Notes: generated from the letters alone by a model not told the origin. A stretch of 57,942 nucleotides of DNA from Gemmatimonadaceae bacterium (GCA_035760455.1 DASTSX010000073.1:1-57942); one strand, 5' to 3'; counted from the stretch's first letter, positions 28,782 through 38,056 are shown. Made by a program: numbers and translations.

Positions 28782-28844
28782 CGCGATGACGCACACGGCT
28801 CCCGCGCTCGACAGTGTTTTCTCATTCTCCTTCGGAGATTCGTC

Positions 28845-29117
28845 ATGGCAGTAACACTCTTTCTTCCCACCGTGCTGGCCAAGCTGGCCGACGGACGCGC
28901 GATCGAATCGAACGGCGACACGGTGGGCGCGGTGGTGGCCGACGTGGCGGCGCGCTATCCTGGCCTCGCCCCGCGACTGCGCGACGAGACGGGACAGCCG
29001 TATCCGTTCGTGACGTTCTACCTGAACGACGAGGACATCCGCTTCAACGGCGGCTTCGACGCGAAGGTGAGCGACGGCGACGAGCTGACCGTCGTGCCGG
29101 CGATCGCCGGGGGCTGA
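28845..29117 (+). CDS. MoaD/ThiS/CysO-family ubiquitin-like sulfur-carrier protein
   Basis: 90 aa ending ...DELTVVPAIAGG (C-terminal Gly-Gly). GGAG lies 8 nt upstream of the ATG. Confidence 0.8.
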   Translation: MAVTLFLPTVLAKLADGRAIESNGDTVGAVVADVAARYPGLAPRLRDETGQPYPFVTFYLNDEDIRFNGGFDAKVSDGDELTVVPAIAGG

Positions 29118-29122
29118 GCATC

Positions 29123-30298
29123 ATGGCCACCGCCACCGCACCACTGGCGACGCAGCTCGAGGAGCTCTCGTCAGACGAGATTCTCCGGTACAGCCGGCAC
29201 CTCATTCTGCCGGAGGTCGCGCTCGAGGGCCAGCAGCGGCTCAAGGCGTCGCGCGTGCTGCTCATCGGCGCGGGGGGCCTCGGGTCGCCGCTCGCCCTGT
29301 ACCTCGCCGCGGCGGGGGTGGGGACGATCGGCCTCGTGGACTTCGACGTCGTGGACGTCACGAACCTGCAGCGGCAGATCGTGCACGGCACGAAGGACGT
29401 GGGTCGCCCGAAGCTGGAGTCGGCGCGCGACCGGCTGAAGGACATGAACCCGCACGTACACGTCGAGGGGTACGAGACGCGACTCACGAGCGAGAACGCG
29501 CTGGAGATCGTGCGCGACTACGACATCGTGATCGACGGGACCGACAACTTCGCCACGCGCTATCTCACGAACGATGCGTGCGTGATCCTCGGCAAGCCGA
29601 ACGTGTACGGCAGCATCTACCGGTTCGAGGGGCAGTCGTCGGTGTTCGCGACCGAGAACGGGCCGTGCTACCGCTGCCTGTACCCGGAGCCGCCGCCGCC
29701 CGGCCTCGTGCCGAGCTGCGCGGAAGGAGGAGTGCTCGGCGTACTGCCCGGGCTCGTCGGCACGATCCAGGCGACCGAGGGGATCAAGCTGCTGCTCGGC
29801 ATCGGCGAGCCGCTGATCGGGCGGCTGCTGCTGATCGACGCACTGTCGATGCAGTTCCGAACGATGCGGCTGCGCAAGAACCCGGAGTGTCCGGCGTGCG
29901 GGACGCGCGAGATCCGCGAGCTGATCGACTACGACCAGTTCTGCGGCATCGGCGGCGATCCGCTCCAGGACCCGCACGGCATCCCGGAGATCACCCCGTC
30001 GGAGCTGGCGACGAAGCAGCAGCGGCGCGATGACTTCGACCTGATCGACGTGCGCGAGCCGCACGAGTGGGCGATCGCGCGCATCCCCGGGGCGCGGCTC
30101 GTGCCGCTCGGCGCGTTCACGGAGTCGCTCTCCTCGTTCGACAGCGCTCGCGACATCGTCGTGACGTGCAAGATGGGCGGCCGGAGCGCGAAGGCGGTGC
30201 GGCAGCTCCAGGCGGCGGGGTTCAAGCGCGTGTGGAACCTCGCCGGCGGCATCCTCCGATGGAGCGACGACGTCGATCCGACCGTTCCCAAGTACTGA
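29123..30298 (+). CDS. MoeZ/MoeB-type E1-like adenylyltransferase fused to a C-terminal rhodanese domain
   Basis: ATG 29123. RYSRHLILPEVALEGQQRLKASRVLLIGAGGLGSP is the ThiF/MoeB nucleotide loop. The zinc CxxC pairs are CYRC and CPAC. The rhodanese active-site loop is CKMGGRS. Confidence 0.9.
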   Translation: MATATAPLATQLEELSSDEILRYSRHLILPEVALEGQQRLKASRVLLIGAGGLGSPLALYLAAAGVGTIGLVDFDVVDVTNLQRQIVHGTKDVGRPKLESARDRLKDMNPHVHVEGYETRLTSENALEIVRDYDIVIDGTDNFATRYLTNDACVILGKPNVYGSIYRFEGQSSVFATENGPCYRCLYPEPPPPGLVPSCAEGGVLGVLPGLVGTIQATEGIKLLLGIGEPLIGRLLLIDALSMQFRTMRLRKNPECPACGTREIRELIDYDQFCGIGGDPLQDPHGIPEITPSELATKQQRRDDFDLIDVREPHEWAIARIPGARLVPLGAFTESLSSFDSARDIVVTCKMGGRSAKAVRQLQAAGFKRVWNLAGGILRWSDDVDPTVPKY

Positions 30299-30302
30299 AA
30301 AG

Positions 30303-30358
30303 CGTGAGTTGGTGAGTTGGTGAGTTGGTGAGTTGGATAGCTGGTTAGTTGGAGTTCG
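30303..30358 (+). repeat. GGTGAGTT-type octamer array (4 near-perfect plus 3 degenerate units)
   Basis: The array reads cgtgagtt ggtgagtt ggtgagtt ggtgagtt ggatagct ggttagtt ggagttcg. It starts 5 nt after the moeZ-like stop and ends 36 nt before the ThrC-like ATG. Confidence 0.9.
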
Positions 30359-30393
30359 CCGTTTTCTGGTTTCCTCGACGCTAGTCTGACGCA

Positions 30394-31680
30394 ATGACTT
30401 CGATTCTTCCCGACGCCGGCCCGGCGTCGCTCGCTCCGACAACGGCCAGCCTGCGGCCCTATCCGCAGCGCTGCAAGCTGTGTGGCACCGAGAACGAATC
30501 GGCGCCCGTGGCGATCTGCGAGAACTGCCTCGGTCCCCTCGAGCCGCTCTACCCGGCGACGCGCCGCATCCCCGACCGTGCGACGATCGCCGCGCGGCCG
30601 CAGTCGATGTGGCGGTATCGCGAGTTCCTGCCGTTCGAGGGGGAACCAGTCGCGTCGCTCGACACGGGCTTCACGCCCCTGATCGACGCGCCGCGGCTCG
30701 CGGACAAGCTGGGCATCGCGCGCGTGTGGGTGAAGAACGACGCGGTGTCGCATCCCTCGCTGTCGTTCAAGGACCGCGTCGTGTCGACGGCGATCAACGC
30801 GGCGCTCGCGTTCGGGCTCGACACAGTGGGGTGCGCATCGACGGGGAATCTCGCCAACGCGGTGGCGGCACACGCCGCGCGCGCGGGGCTGGCGTCGTGG
30901 ATCTTCATCCCCGAGGACCTCGAGATCGGCAAGGTGATCGGCACGGCGGTATACGGGCCGAACCTCGTCCGCATCAAAGGGCACTACGACGACGTGAACC
31001 GGCTGTGCGCGCAGCTCGCCGACCGGTTCGGCTGGGGGATCGTCAACGTGAACCTGCGCGGCTACTACGGCGAGGGCTCGAAGACGATGGCGTACGAGAT
31101 CGCCGAGCAGCTGGGGTGGCGACTGCCGAGCGCGGTGGTGGCGCCGATGGCGGGCGGGTCGCTCGTGACGAAGCTCGGAAAGGGGTTCAAGGAGTTCATC
31201 GACGCAGGGCTCGTGAGCGGCGCGACGCCACGCGTCTACGGCACCCAGGCTTCGGGGTGCGCGCCCATCGTTCGGCTCTGGGAGCGCGGCGACTCCACGC
31301 TCGTGCCGGAGATCCCGAACACGATCGCGCGCTCGATCGCGATCGGGAACCCGGCGGACGGCGCGTTCGCGGCGAAGGTGATGCGCGAGTCGGGGGGCCG
31401 AGGGCAACACGTGAGCGACGAGGCACTCGTCGCCGGCATCCGGCTGCTGGCGGAGACGACGGGCGTGTTCACCGAGACCGCCGGCGGCGTCACCGTTGCA
31501 GGAGCGCTGGCGCTCGCCGAGGCCGGGCACTTCCGTTCCGACGACGAGATTGTATTGTGTATTACGGGCAACGGATTGAAGACGACCGAAGCGGTGAGTG
31601 ACGTTCTGCCCGCTGCGCCGGTCATTGCTCCGAAGGTTCGCGACGTGGCCGCGCTGGTCGCCGAGCGGACGGGTTCCTGA
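30394..31680 (+). CDS. Threonine synthase-family PLP enzyme with N-terminal CxxC...CxxC zinc-ribbon extension
   Basis: 428 aa. The ribbon is CKLCGTENESAPVAICENC. The PLP-lysine motif is HPSLSFKDRV. The glycine-rich loop is APMAGGSL. Overall it shows ThrC-like similarity. Confidence 0.85.
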   Translation: MTSILPDAGPASLAPTTASLRPYPQRCKLCGTENESAPVAICENCLGPLEPLYPATRRIPDRATIAARPQSMWRYREFLPFEGEPVASLDTGFTPLIDAPRLADKLGIARVWVKNDAVSHPSLSFKDRVVSTAINAALAFGLDTVGCASTGNLANAVAAHAARAGLASWIFIPEDLEIGKVIGTAVYGPNLVRIKGHYDDVNRLCAQLADRFGWGIVNVNLRGYYGEGSKTMAYEIAEQLGWRLPSAVVAPMAGGSLVTKLGKGFKEFIDAGLVSGATPRVYGTQASGCAPIVRLWERGDSTLVPEIPNTIARSIAIGNPADGAFAAKVMRESGGRGQHVSDEALVAGIRLLAETTGVFTETAGGVTVAGALALAEAGHFRSDDEIVLCITGNGLKTTEAVSDVLPAAPVIAPKVRDVAALVAERTGS

Positions 31681-31862
31681 GATTCTCACGTTCGACGCAC
31701 GCCAGAGATCGCGATGTCGCTCGTCCTCGCCCTGAACACGATGTGTTGTCGCTGCCGGTGCTGTGGCCGCTCCCTGGAGAGCGCTCACGGTGGCCGCGCT
31801 GTGCTCACGAACCCGTGTCCATGTTGTTGACGACGGCCGACTGACCACACCGCACGCGCACC

Positions 31863-31896
31863 GCGGGCCCGCTCTCCACGACGAGAGCGGGCCCGC
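31863..31896 (+). terminator. Strong terminator-like hairpin
   Basis: Perfect 14-bp stem: gcgggcccgctctc (31863-31876) pairs with gagagcgggcccgc (31883-31896), with a 6-nt loop. A T-rich tail, ttcgcatttctctgctcttc, follows. It lies 52 nt upstream of the porin ATG. Confidence 0.6.
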
Positions 31897-31948
31897 TTCG
31901 CATTTCTCTGCTCTTCGTCGACGCAATCCACTCGAGGAACCCAGCCTG

Positions 31949-33385
31949 ATGTTCGCTTCACGCATCACCACGATCACTCTCGCGCTCGGCGCGGTCGCTC
32001 TCGCCGGCGGGGCTCCCGCAGCGGCGCAGACATCGGCGGCGACGACCGCGACGCACGAGTCGGCCGCGCGGACCGTGCCGGCATCGACCGTCACGCAGCA
32101 GTCGGCCACGACGAGCGAGGCCGAGGCCCGGATCAAGCAGCTCGAGGATCGAATCGCCACGCTCGAGAAGGCGGAGGCGAAGAACAAGATCACCGCAGCC
32201 GCGGCACCAACGGTCTCGGCGTCGCGCGATGGACTCCAGATCCGCTCGGCGGACAACGCGTTCAGCTTCCGGCTCCGCGGCTACGTGCAGTCCGACGCGC
32301 GGTTCTTCGGCGCGAAGGGCCCGGTGGCGCCCGGGTCGAGCACGTTCCTGCTGCGCCGCGTGCGGCCGGTCTTCGAAGCGACGGCGTACAAGTACTTCGG
32401 CCTGCGGCTGATGCCCGACTTCGGCGGCGGTCAGGTCGTGCTGTACGACGCGTACGCCGAGGCGAAGCCGAACGCCGCGCTCAACCTGCGCGTCGGCAAG
32501 TTCAAGCCGCCGATCGGGCTCGAGCGCCTGCAGTCGGCGACGGACGTGCGATTCATCGAGCGCGGACTGCCGACGGCCCTCGTCCCGAACCGCGACGTAG
32601 GCGTGCAGCTTTCCGGCGACCTCGCGAAGGCGCGGGTGCAGTACCAGATCGGTGCGTTCGACGGCGCGCCGGATGCCGCGAACCTCGACGGCGACGCGGC
32701 GACCGGGAAGGACGTCGTGGGCCGCGTCTTCCTCCGGCCGTTCGCGACGAACACGTCGGGGCCGGACCTCGGGATCGGCATCGCCGCGAGCTCGGGGACG
32801 GAGCAGGGGACGGCCGCCGTGCCGGCACTCGGCAGCTATCGGACGACGGGCCAGCTCGCGCTGTTCCGCTACCGCGCCGACGGCACGACGGCGAACACCG
32901 TGCTCGCGCAGGGGCGACGCACGCGCGTGTCGCCGCAGGGATACCTGTACGTGGGGCCCGTAGGCGTGCTCGCCGAGTACGTGCGCTCGACGCACGAGGT
33001 CCGGCGCGCGGCCAACGTCGCCGAGCTGACGAACCAGGCGTGGCAGGTCTCTGGCGGCTGGGTGCTGACCGGTGAGCGCGAGTCGTACACGAGCATCACG
33101 CCGGACCATCCGCTCGACGGATCGAAGGCCGGGGGGCTGGGCGCGCTCGAGCTCGTCGCGCGATACGGCGTGCTGACGACGGATGCGGCGGCATTTCCGA
33201 CGTTCGCCGATCCGGCGACGCAGCCACGGCGCGCGCGCGCCGCGGGGGTGGGGCTCAACTGGCGGCTGACGCGCGGGCTGCTGTTCGCGGCCAACTACGA
33301 GCGCACCCAGCTCGACGCCCCGGAGACGGGCACGGTGCGCCAGACGGAGCACGCGGTGCTCACGCGATTCCAGTTGGGGTTCTGA
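31949..33385 (+). CDS. Phosphate/anion-selective porin O/P family outer-membrane protein
   Basis: ATG 31949. The signal peptide ends AAAQTS. A short coiled-coil reads EARIKQLEDRIATLEKAEAKNK. A beta-barrel with OprO/OprP-like segments (RGYVQSDARFF, FKPPIGLERLQS) follows. The C-terminal residue is Phe. Confidence 0.8.
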   Translation: MFASRITTITLALGAVALAGGAPAAAQTSAATTATHESAARTVPASTVTQQSATTSEAEARIKQLEDRIATLEKAEAKNKITAAAAPTVSASRDGLQIRSADNAFSFRLRGYVQSDARFFGAKGPVAPGSSTFLLRRVRPVFEATAYKYFGLRLMPDFGGGQVVLYDAYAEAKPNAALNLRVGKFKPPIGLERLQSATDVRFIERGLPTALVPNRDVGVQLSGDLAKARVQYQIGAFDGAPDAANLDGDAATGKDVVGRVFLRPFATNTSGPDLGIGIAASSGTEQGTAAVPALGSYRTTGQLALFRYRADGTTANTVLAQGRRTRVSPQGYLYVGPVGVLAEYVRSTHEVRRAANVAELTNQAWQVSGGWVLTGERESYTSITPDHPLDGSKAGGLGALELVARYGVLTTDAAAFPTFADPATQPRRARAAGVGLNWRLTRGLLFAANYERTQLDAPETGTVRQTEHAVLTRFQLGF

Positions 33386-33505
33386 CATGAATGCTTCGCG
33401 CGCAGGTCGAACGACGGAACACGGATTCGAGCGGCGATGTCGCGGGAACGGGGGGATGAACTGCTGTTGAAAGAGACGTGGCGAGTGAGCGTTGGCGAGT
33501 TCGAT

Positions 33506-33593
33506 TGAGTGCAGATCCTTCGACTCCCTGCGCTCGCTCGGGATGACCCTGAGTGCAGATCCCTCGACTCACTGCGCTCGCTCGGGATGACAG
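33506..33593. repeat. 44-bp tandem duplication (2 copies, about 40/44 identical), REP-like
   Basis: Unit 1 (33506-33549) is tgagtgcagatccttcgactccctgcgctcgctcgggatgaccc. Unit 2 (33550-33593) is tgagtgcagatccctcgactcactgcgctcgctcgggatgacag. Each unit can form an 8-bp stem, gagtgcag/ctgcgctc. Confidence 0.85.
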
Positions 33594-33672
33594 CCGTTGC
33601 CTCGCTACGAGCCGACCGACGACCGATCACCGACAAATCACCGCGCTTCGCGCGACCTACACGAATCGAATC

Positions 33673-34698
33673 ATGCAGACCCTGAAAACCATCGCTCGAC
33701 TGACGCTCGCCCTCGCGCTCGCTGCCCCCGCCGGCGGGGCGGCCGCCGCGCAGGAGAAGGTCACGTTGCTGAACGTGTCGTACGATCCGACGCGCGAACT
33801 GTACAAGGACATCAACGCCGCGTTCGCGCGCGAGTGGAAGCGCCGCACCGGGCAGGACGTGGAGATCAAGCAGTCGCACGGCGGCTCGGGCGCGCAGGCG
33901 CGCGCGGTGATCGACGGCCTGGAGGCCGACGTCGTGACGCTCGCGCTGGCCTACGACATCGACGAGATCGCGCAGCGCGGGAAGACGCTCCCCGCCGACT
34001 GGCAAAAGAAGCTGCCGCACAACAGCACGCCGTTCGCGTCCACTGTCGTCTTCGTCGTTCGTAAGGGAAATCCGAAGGCGATCAAGGACTGGAACGACCT
34101 GATCCGCGCCGACGTGCAGGTGATCACGGCGAACCCGAAGACCTCGGGGGGCGCGCGGTGGAACTACCTCGCCGCGTGGGGCTACGCCCTCCAGAAGAGC
34201 AAGGGGAGCGAGCCGGCCGCGCGCGACTTCATCGCGCGGCTCTACCAGAACGTGCCGGTGCTCGACGCGGGGGCGCGCGGGTCGACGACGACGTTCGTCG
34301 AGCGCGGGATCGGCGACGTGCTCATCGCCTGGGAGAACGAGGCGTTGCTCTCGGTGAAGCAGCTCGGGCCGGACAAGTTCGACATCGTCATCCCATCGGT
34401 GAGCGTCCTCGCCGAGCCGCCCGTCGCCGTGAACGAGAGCGTCGCGGCGAAGCACGGCACGACGAAGGTCGCGCGGGCCTACCTCGAGTTCCTCTACACC
34501 GAGGCCGCCCAGGCGCTGGGCGCCAAGCACTATTACCGACCGACGGGGCCGCGGTCGCTCGCCAAGTTCGGCGGGCAGTTCCCGAAGGTCCAGCAGTTCA
34601 CGATCGGCAAGGTGTTCGGCGGCTGGGCGAAGGCGCAGCAGACACACTTCGCGGACGGCGGCATCTTCGATCAGGTGTACTCGGTGGCGAAGCGGTGA
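33673..34698 (+). CDS. sbp: Sulfate/thiosulfate ABC transporter periplasmic binding protein
   Basis: ATG 33673 with a signal peptide. [25 protein letters not shown]...[28 protein letters not shown] is the characteristic Sbp/CysP pattern. Confidence 0.9.
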   Translation: MQTLKTIARLTLALALAAPAGGAAAAQEKVTLLNVSYDPTRELYKDINAAFAREWKRRTGQDVEIKQSHGGSGAQARAVIDGLEADVVTLALAYDIDEIAQRGKTLPADWQKKLPHNSTPFASTVVFVVRKGNPKAIKDWNDLIRADVQVITANPKTSGGARWNYLAAWGYALQKSKGSEPAARDFIARLYQNVPVLDAGARGSTTTFVERGIGDVLIAWENEALLSVKQLGPDKFDIVIPSVSVLAEPPVAVNESVAAKHGTTKVARAYLEFLYTEAAQALGAKHYYRPTGPRSLAKFGGQFPKVQQFTIGKVFGGWAKAQQTHFADGGIFDQVYSVAKR

Positions 34699-35552
34699 GC
34701 GTGCTTCCGGCGCGTCGAGTGGCGCCCGCCCTGCCGCGCGTGCGGTCCGTGTTGCCCGGGGTGCGGCTGACCCTGGGCTTCACGCTCGCCTACCTGCTGG
34801 TGCTCGTCGTCATCCCGCTCTCGACGCTGTTCGTGCGCTCGGCACGGTTGGGGTGGACCGGGTTCCTCGAAGCGGCGACATCGGACCGCGCGATCGCCGC
34901 GTACCGGCTGAGTGTCGGTGCGTCGGTAACGGCGGCGCTCGTGAACGGAGTATTCGGGCTGCTCGTGGCGTGGGTGCTGACGCGGTACCGGTTTCCGGGG
35001 AAGTCGATCGCCGACGCGCTGGTGGACCTGCCGTTCGCGCTGCCGACGGCAGTGGCGGGGGTCGCGCTGACGACGCTCTACGCGCAGAACGGGTTGATCG
35101 GTGCGCTGCTTGCGCCGCACGGGATCAAGGTCGCGTTCACGCCGCTCGGCATCACGGTGGCGCTGACGTTCATCGGCCTGCCGTTCGTCGTGCGCAGCGT
35201 GCAGCCGGTGCTGGAGACGCTGCCGAAGGAGATCGAGGAAGCCGCGGCGACGCTCGGCGCGGACCGGTGGCAGACGTTCCGGCGCGTGATCCTGCCGGCG
35301 CTGACGCCGGCGCTCGTCGCCGGCGTGTCGCTCTCGTTCGCGCGGGCGATCGGCGAATACGGCTCGGTGGTGTTCATCTCGGGGAACATGCCCGGGTTCA
35401 CCGAGATCGCGCCGCTGCTGATCATGAGCAAGCTGGAGCAGTACGACTACGGCGGTGCGACGGCGATCGCCGTGGTGATGCTGCTGCTGTCGGCCGTGAT
35501 CCTGATCGGCGCGGGGCTGCTGCAGCGCCGCGCGGCGAAGCGCGCGGCCTAG
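34695..35552 (+). CDS. cysT: Sulfate ABC transporter permease CysT
   Basis: GTG 34695 overlaps the sbp TGA. It is a multi-TM permease carrying the EAA-type loop [21 protein letters not shown]. Confidence 0.9.
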   Translation: MSVLPARRVAPALPRVRSVLPGVRLTLGFTLAYLLVLVVIPLSTLFVRSARLGWTGFLEAATSDRAIAAYRLSVGASVTAALVNGVFGLLVAWVLTRYRFPGKSIADALVDLPFALPTAVAGVALTTLYAQNGLIGALLAPHGIKVAFTPLGITVALTFIGLPFVVRSVQPVLETLPKEIEEAAATLGADRWQTFRRVILPALTPALVAGVSLSFARAIGEYGSVVFISGNMPGFTEIAPLLIMSKLEQYDYGGATAIAVVMLLLSAVILIGAGLLQRRAAKRAA

Positions 35553-35564
35553 GAGACCACATCG

Positions 35565-36494
35565 ATGTCGACGACCATCGCACCGCCAGCGCCGAGACAC
35601 GGCATTCCCCCGGGACCCCGCACGAAGCCTCGTGCCGCCGCCGCGGCGACGGGGGAGAGCGCGGGGGCACGGTGGGTCCTGATCGCCGTCGCGCTGGCGT
35701 ACCTGTTCCTGTTCCTGGGGCTACCGCTGTTCGTGGTGTTCCAGGAGGCCTTCAAGAAGGGTGTCACCGCGTATTTCACCGCGCTCAAAGAACCGGACCT
35801 GCTGTACGCGCTCAAGCTCACGCTCATCGTGGCCGGGATCGCCGTGCCGCTCAACGTGCTGTTCGGGCTCTCGGCGGCGTGGGCGATCACGAAGGGGAAG
35901 GTGCGCGGGCACGCGCTGCTCGTCGCGCTGGCAGACCTGCCGCTCGCCGTCTCACCCGTGATCGCGGGGCTGACATTCATGCTGCTGTTCGGCATGCAGG
36001 GCTGGTTCGGGCCGTGGCTCAAGGCGCACGACATCCAGATCGCCTTCACGGTCACGGCGGTGGTGCTGGCGACGATCTTCGTGACGCTGCCGTTCGTGGC
36101 GCGCGAGCTGATCCCGCTGATGGAAGAGCAGGGGGTGACGGAGGAGGAGGCGGCCGTCACGCTGGGCGCGTCAGGGTGGCAGATCTTCCGCCGCGTGACG
36201 CTCCCGAACATCCGCTGGGGGCTGCTCTACGGCGTGGTGCTGTGCAACGCGCGCGCGATGGGCGAGTTCGGCGCGGTGTCGGTGGTGTCGGGGCGCATCC
36301 GGGGCCAGACGACGACGCTGCCGCTGCACATCGAGATCCTCTACAACGAGTACGACTTCACCGCGGCGTTCGCCGCGTCGTCGCTGCTGGCGATGCTCGC
36401 CGTGGTGACGCTCGCCGCGAAACACCTGCTCGAGCGCAGCCACCACGCAGCGCGGGCGCGGATCATCCAGGAGCAACAGGAGCGTCAGCCATGA
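35565..36494 (+). CDS. cysW: Sulfate ABC transporter permease CysW
   Basis: 309 aa. It is a multi-TM permease with the loop [21 protein letters not shown]. It sits between cysT and cysA. Confidence 0.9.
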   Translation: MSTTIAPPAPRHGIPPGPRTKPRAAAAATGESAGARWVLIAVALAYLFLFLGLPLFVVFQEAFKKGVTAYFTALKEPDLLYALKLTLIVAGIAVPLNVLFGLSAAWAITKGKVRGHALLVALADLPLAVSPVIAGLTFMLLFGMQGWFGPWLKAHDIQIAFTVTAVVLATIFVTLPFVARELIPLMEEQGVTEEEAAVTLGASGWQIFRRVTLPNIRWGLLYGVVLCNARAMGEFGAVSVVSGRIRGQTTTLPLHIEILYNEYDFTAAFAASSLLAMLAVVTLAAKHLLERSHHAARARIIQEQQERQP

Positions 36495-37252
36495 GCGTCG
36501 AGCTCGATCGGGTCTCGAAGCAGTTCGGGGAGTTCACGGCACTGGATCAAGTGAGTTTCGCCGTGGGGGAAGGGGAGCTGGTGGCACTCGTCGGGCCATC
36601 GGGCTCGGGGAAGTCCACACTGCTGCGCGTCGTCGCCGGGCTCGAGCGCCAGGACGCGGGAACCGTGAGGATCCACGGTGAGGACGCGGCCCCACTGGGC
36701 CCGGGCGACCGGCGCATCGGCTTCGTGTTCCAGCACTACGCACTGTTCCGGCACATGACCGTGTTCGAGAACGTGGCGTTCGGCCTGCGCGTGCGCCCGC
36801 GGCGCGAGCGACCGAGCGGGAGCGACATCAAAGCGGCGGTGAAGGATCTGCTCGCGCTGGTGGAGCTCGATACGCTCGGCGCGCGGTATCCATCGGAGCT
36901 TTCCGGTGGACAACAGCAGCGGGTCGCCCTGGCCAGGGCGCTCGCCGTGCAGCCGCGCGTGCTCCTGCTCGACGAGCCGTTCGGCGCGCTGGACGCCCGC
37001 GTGCGCAAGCAGCTCCGGCAGTGGCTGCGACGGCTGCACGACGAGGTGCAGGTGACGACGATCCTCGTGACGCACGACAGCGAGGAGGCGTGCGAGGTGG
37101 CAGACCGCGTGGCGGTGATGCACGACGCGCGGATCGCGCAGATCGGGACGGCGGCGGAGCTGGCGCGCGGCTCGGCCAATCCGTTCCTCGAGTCGTTTCT
37201 GGCCGAGAACACGCGGAAGAGCGCCGCGGTGAAGAAGATCAACTATCACTAG
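36491..37252 (+). CDS. cysA: Sulfate ABC transporter ATP-binding protein (short form, no obvious C-terminal regulatory domain)
   Basis: ATG 36491 overlaps the cysW TGA. It has Walker [10 protein letters not shown], the signature LSGGQQQR and Walker B LLLDEP. At 253 aa it is shorter than the roughly 360 aa I recall for classical CysA. Confidence 0.85.
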   Translation: MSVELDRVSKQFGEFTALDQVSFAVGEGELVALVGPSGSGKSTLLRVVAGLERQDAGTVRIHGEDAAPLGPGDRRIGFVFQHYALFRHMTVFENVAFGLRVRPRRERPSGSDIKAAVKDLLALVELDTLGARYPSELSGGQQQRVALARALAVQPRVLLLDEPFGALDARVRKQLRQWLRRLHDEVQVTTILVTHDSEEACEVADRVAVMHDARIAQIGTAAELARGSANPFLESFLAENTRKSAAVKKINYH

Positions 37253-37347
37253 TTCACTGAAGCGGCGAGTACCCGGTACGACCGACGCAGTGTGGAAGAT
37301 CAACCCAGCGGGATGTAGCTTCGGGGCGTTCAATTCCCGGAGCTCCG

Positions 37348-37869
37348 ATGCGCATCGTCGCGGTGCTGTTGGCGGTCGTGGTGGGGTTGGGGCTGCTCGT
37401 CGTCCTCGTGGGGTACCTGCTGCCGGTAAAGCACGTCGCCACCGTGGCGACGCACGTGCCGGCGACGCCGGAACAGGTGTGGCAGGCGGTGACCGACGTC
37501 GGTGCGTACCCGAAGTGGCGTGGCGACGTGACCTCGGTCGAGATGCTGCCGGTGGACTCGGGGCACGTGGCGTGGCGCGAAATGGGGAAGAACGGCGCCA
37601 TATCCTTCGCGATCGAACAGGCGGAGCCGCCGCGCCGGCTCGTCACGCGGATCACCGACAAGTCGCTGCCGTTCGGCGGCACGTGGGAATACACGGTCAC
37701 CCCCGACGGCACGGGGAGCCGGGTGCGCATCACCGAGCACGGCGAGGTCTACAATCCCGTGTTCCGGTTCGTGTCGCGGTTCATCATGGGGCACTCGGCC
37801 ACGGCGAGCGCGTATCTCAAGGCGCTCGGGGCGCGGTTCGGCGCGACGGTGGAGCCGGAGGTCAGGTAG
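37348..37869 (+). CDS. SRPBCC (polyketide cyclase/dehydrase-like) family protein with N-terminal TM helix
   Basis: 173 aa. PEQVWQAVTDVGAYPKWRGDV is a typical SRPBCC N-terminal motif. The N-terminus is hydrophobic. Confidence 0.65.
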   Translation: MRIVAVLLAVVVGLGLLVVLVGYLLPVKHVATVATHVPATPEQVWQAVTDVGAYPKWRGDVTSVEMLPVDSGHVAWREMGKNGAISFAIEQAEPPRRLVTRITDKSLPFGGTWEYTVTPDGTGSRVRITEHGEVYNPVFRFVSRFIMGHSATASAYLKALGARFGATVEPEVR

Positions 37870-37983
37870 GGCCTCATTTGCGGCTTGGGGTGCCTCCGGA
37901 CGGCCGCAGGGGTTCCACGCGAGCCGGCCGACCCGTTAGGATTATCGTTCGTCCCCGGCGGTACGTCCGCCGAGCGCGACGGC

Positions 37984-38056
<73 letters not shown>

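Noticed and set aside
26514-28796. Very long antisense or alternative-frame ORFs. Examples are 26514..28796 (-) 760 aa, 29929..32256 (-) 775 aa, 40534..44496 (+) 1320 aa, 34853..37252 (+) 799 aa and 39215..41923 (-) 902 aa.
   Set aside because: High-GC genomes generate long stop-free shadow frames. Their translations are Arg/Ala/Pro/Gly-rich low-complexity sequence without motifs. They overlap genes with clear family signatures on the other strand or frame. Where a C-terminal part is real, I trimmed it to the start that overlaps the upstream stop.
30303-30358. CRISPR array hypothesis for the short tandem repeats at 30303..30358, 11685..11724 and 26302..26345.
   Set aside because: The units are 8-12 nt and directly abutting, with no unique spacers. 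No cas genes are in the window. The repeat length is far below CRISPR repeats.
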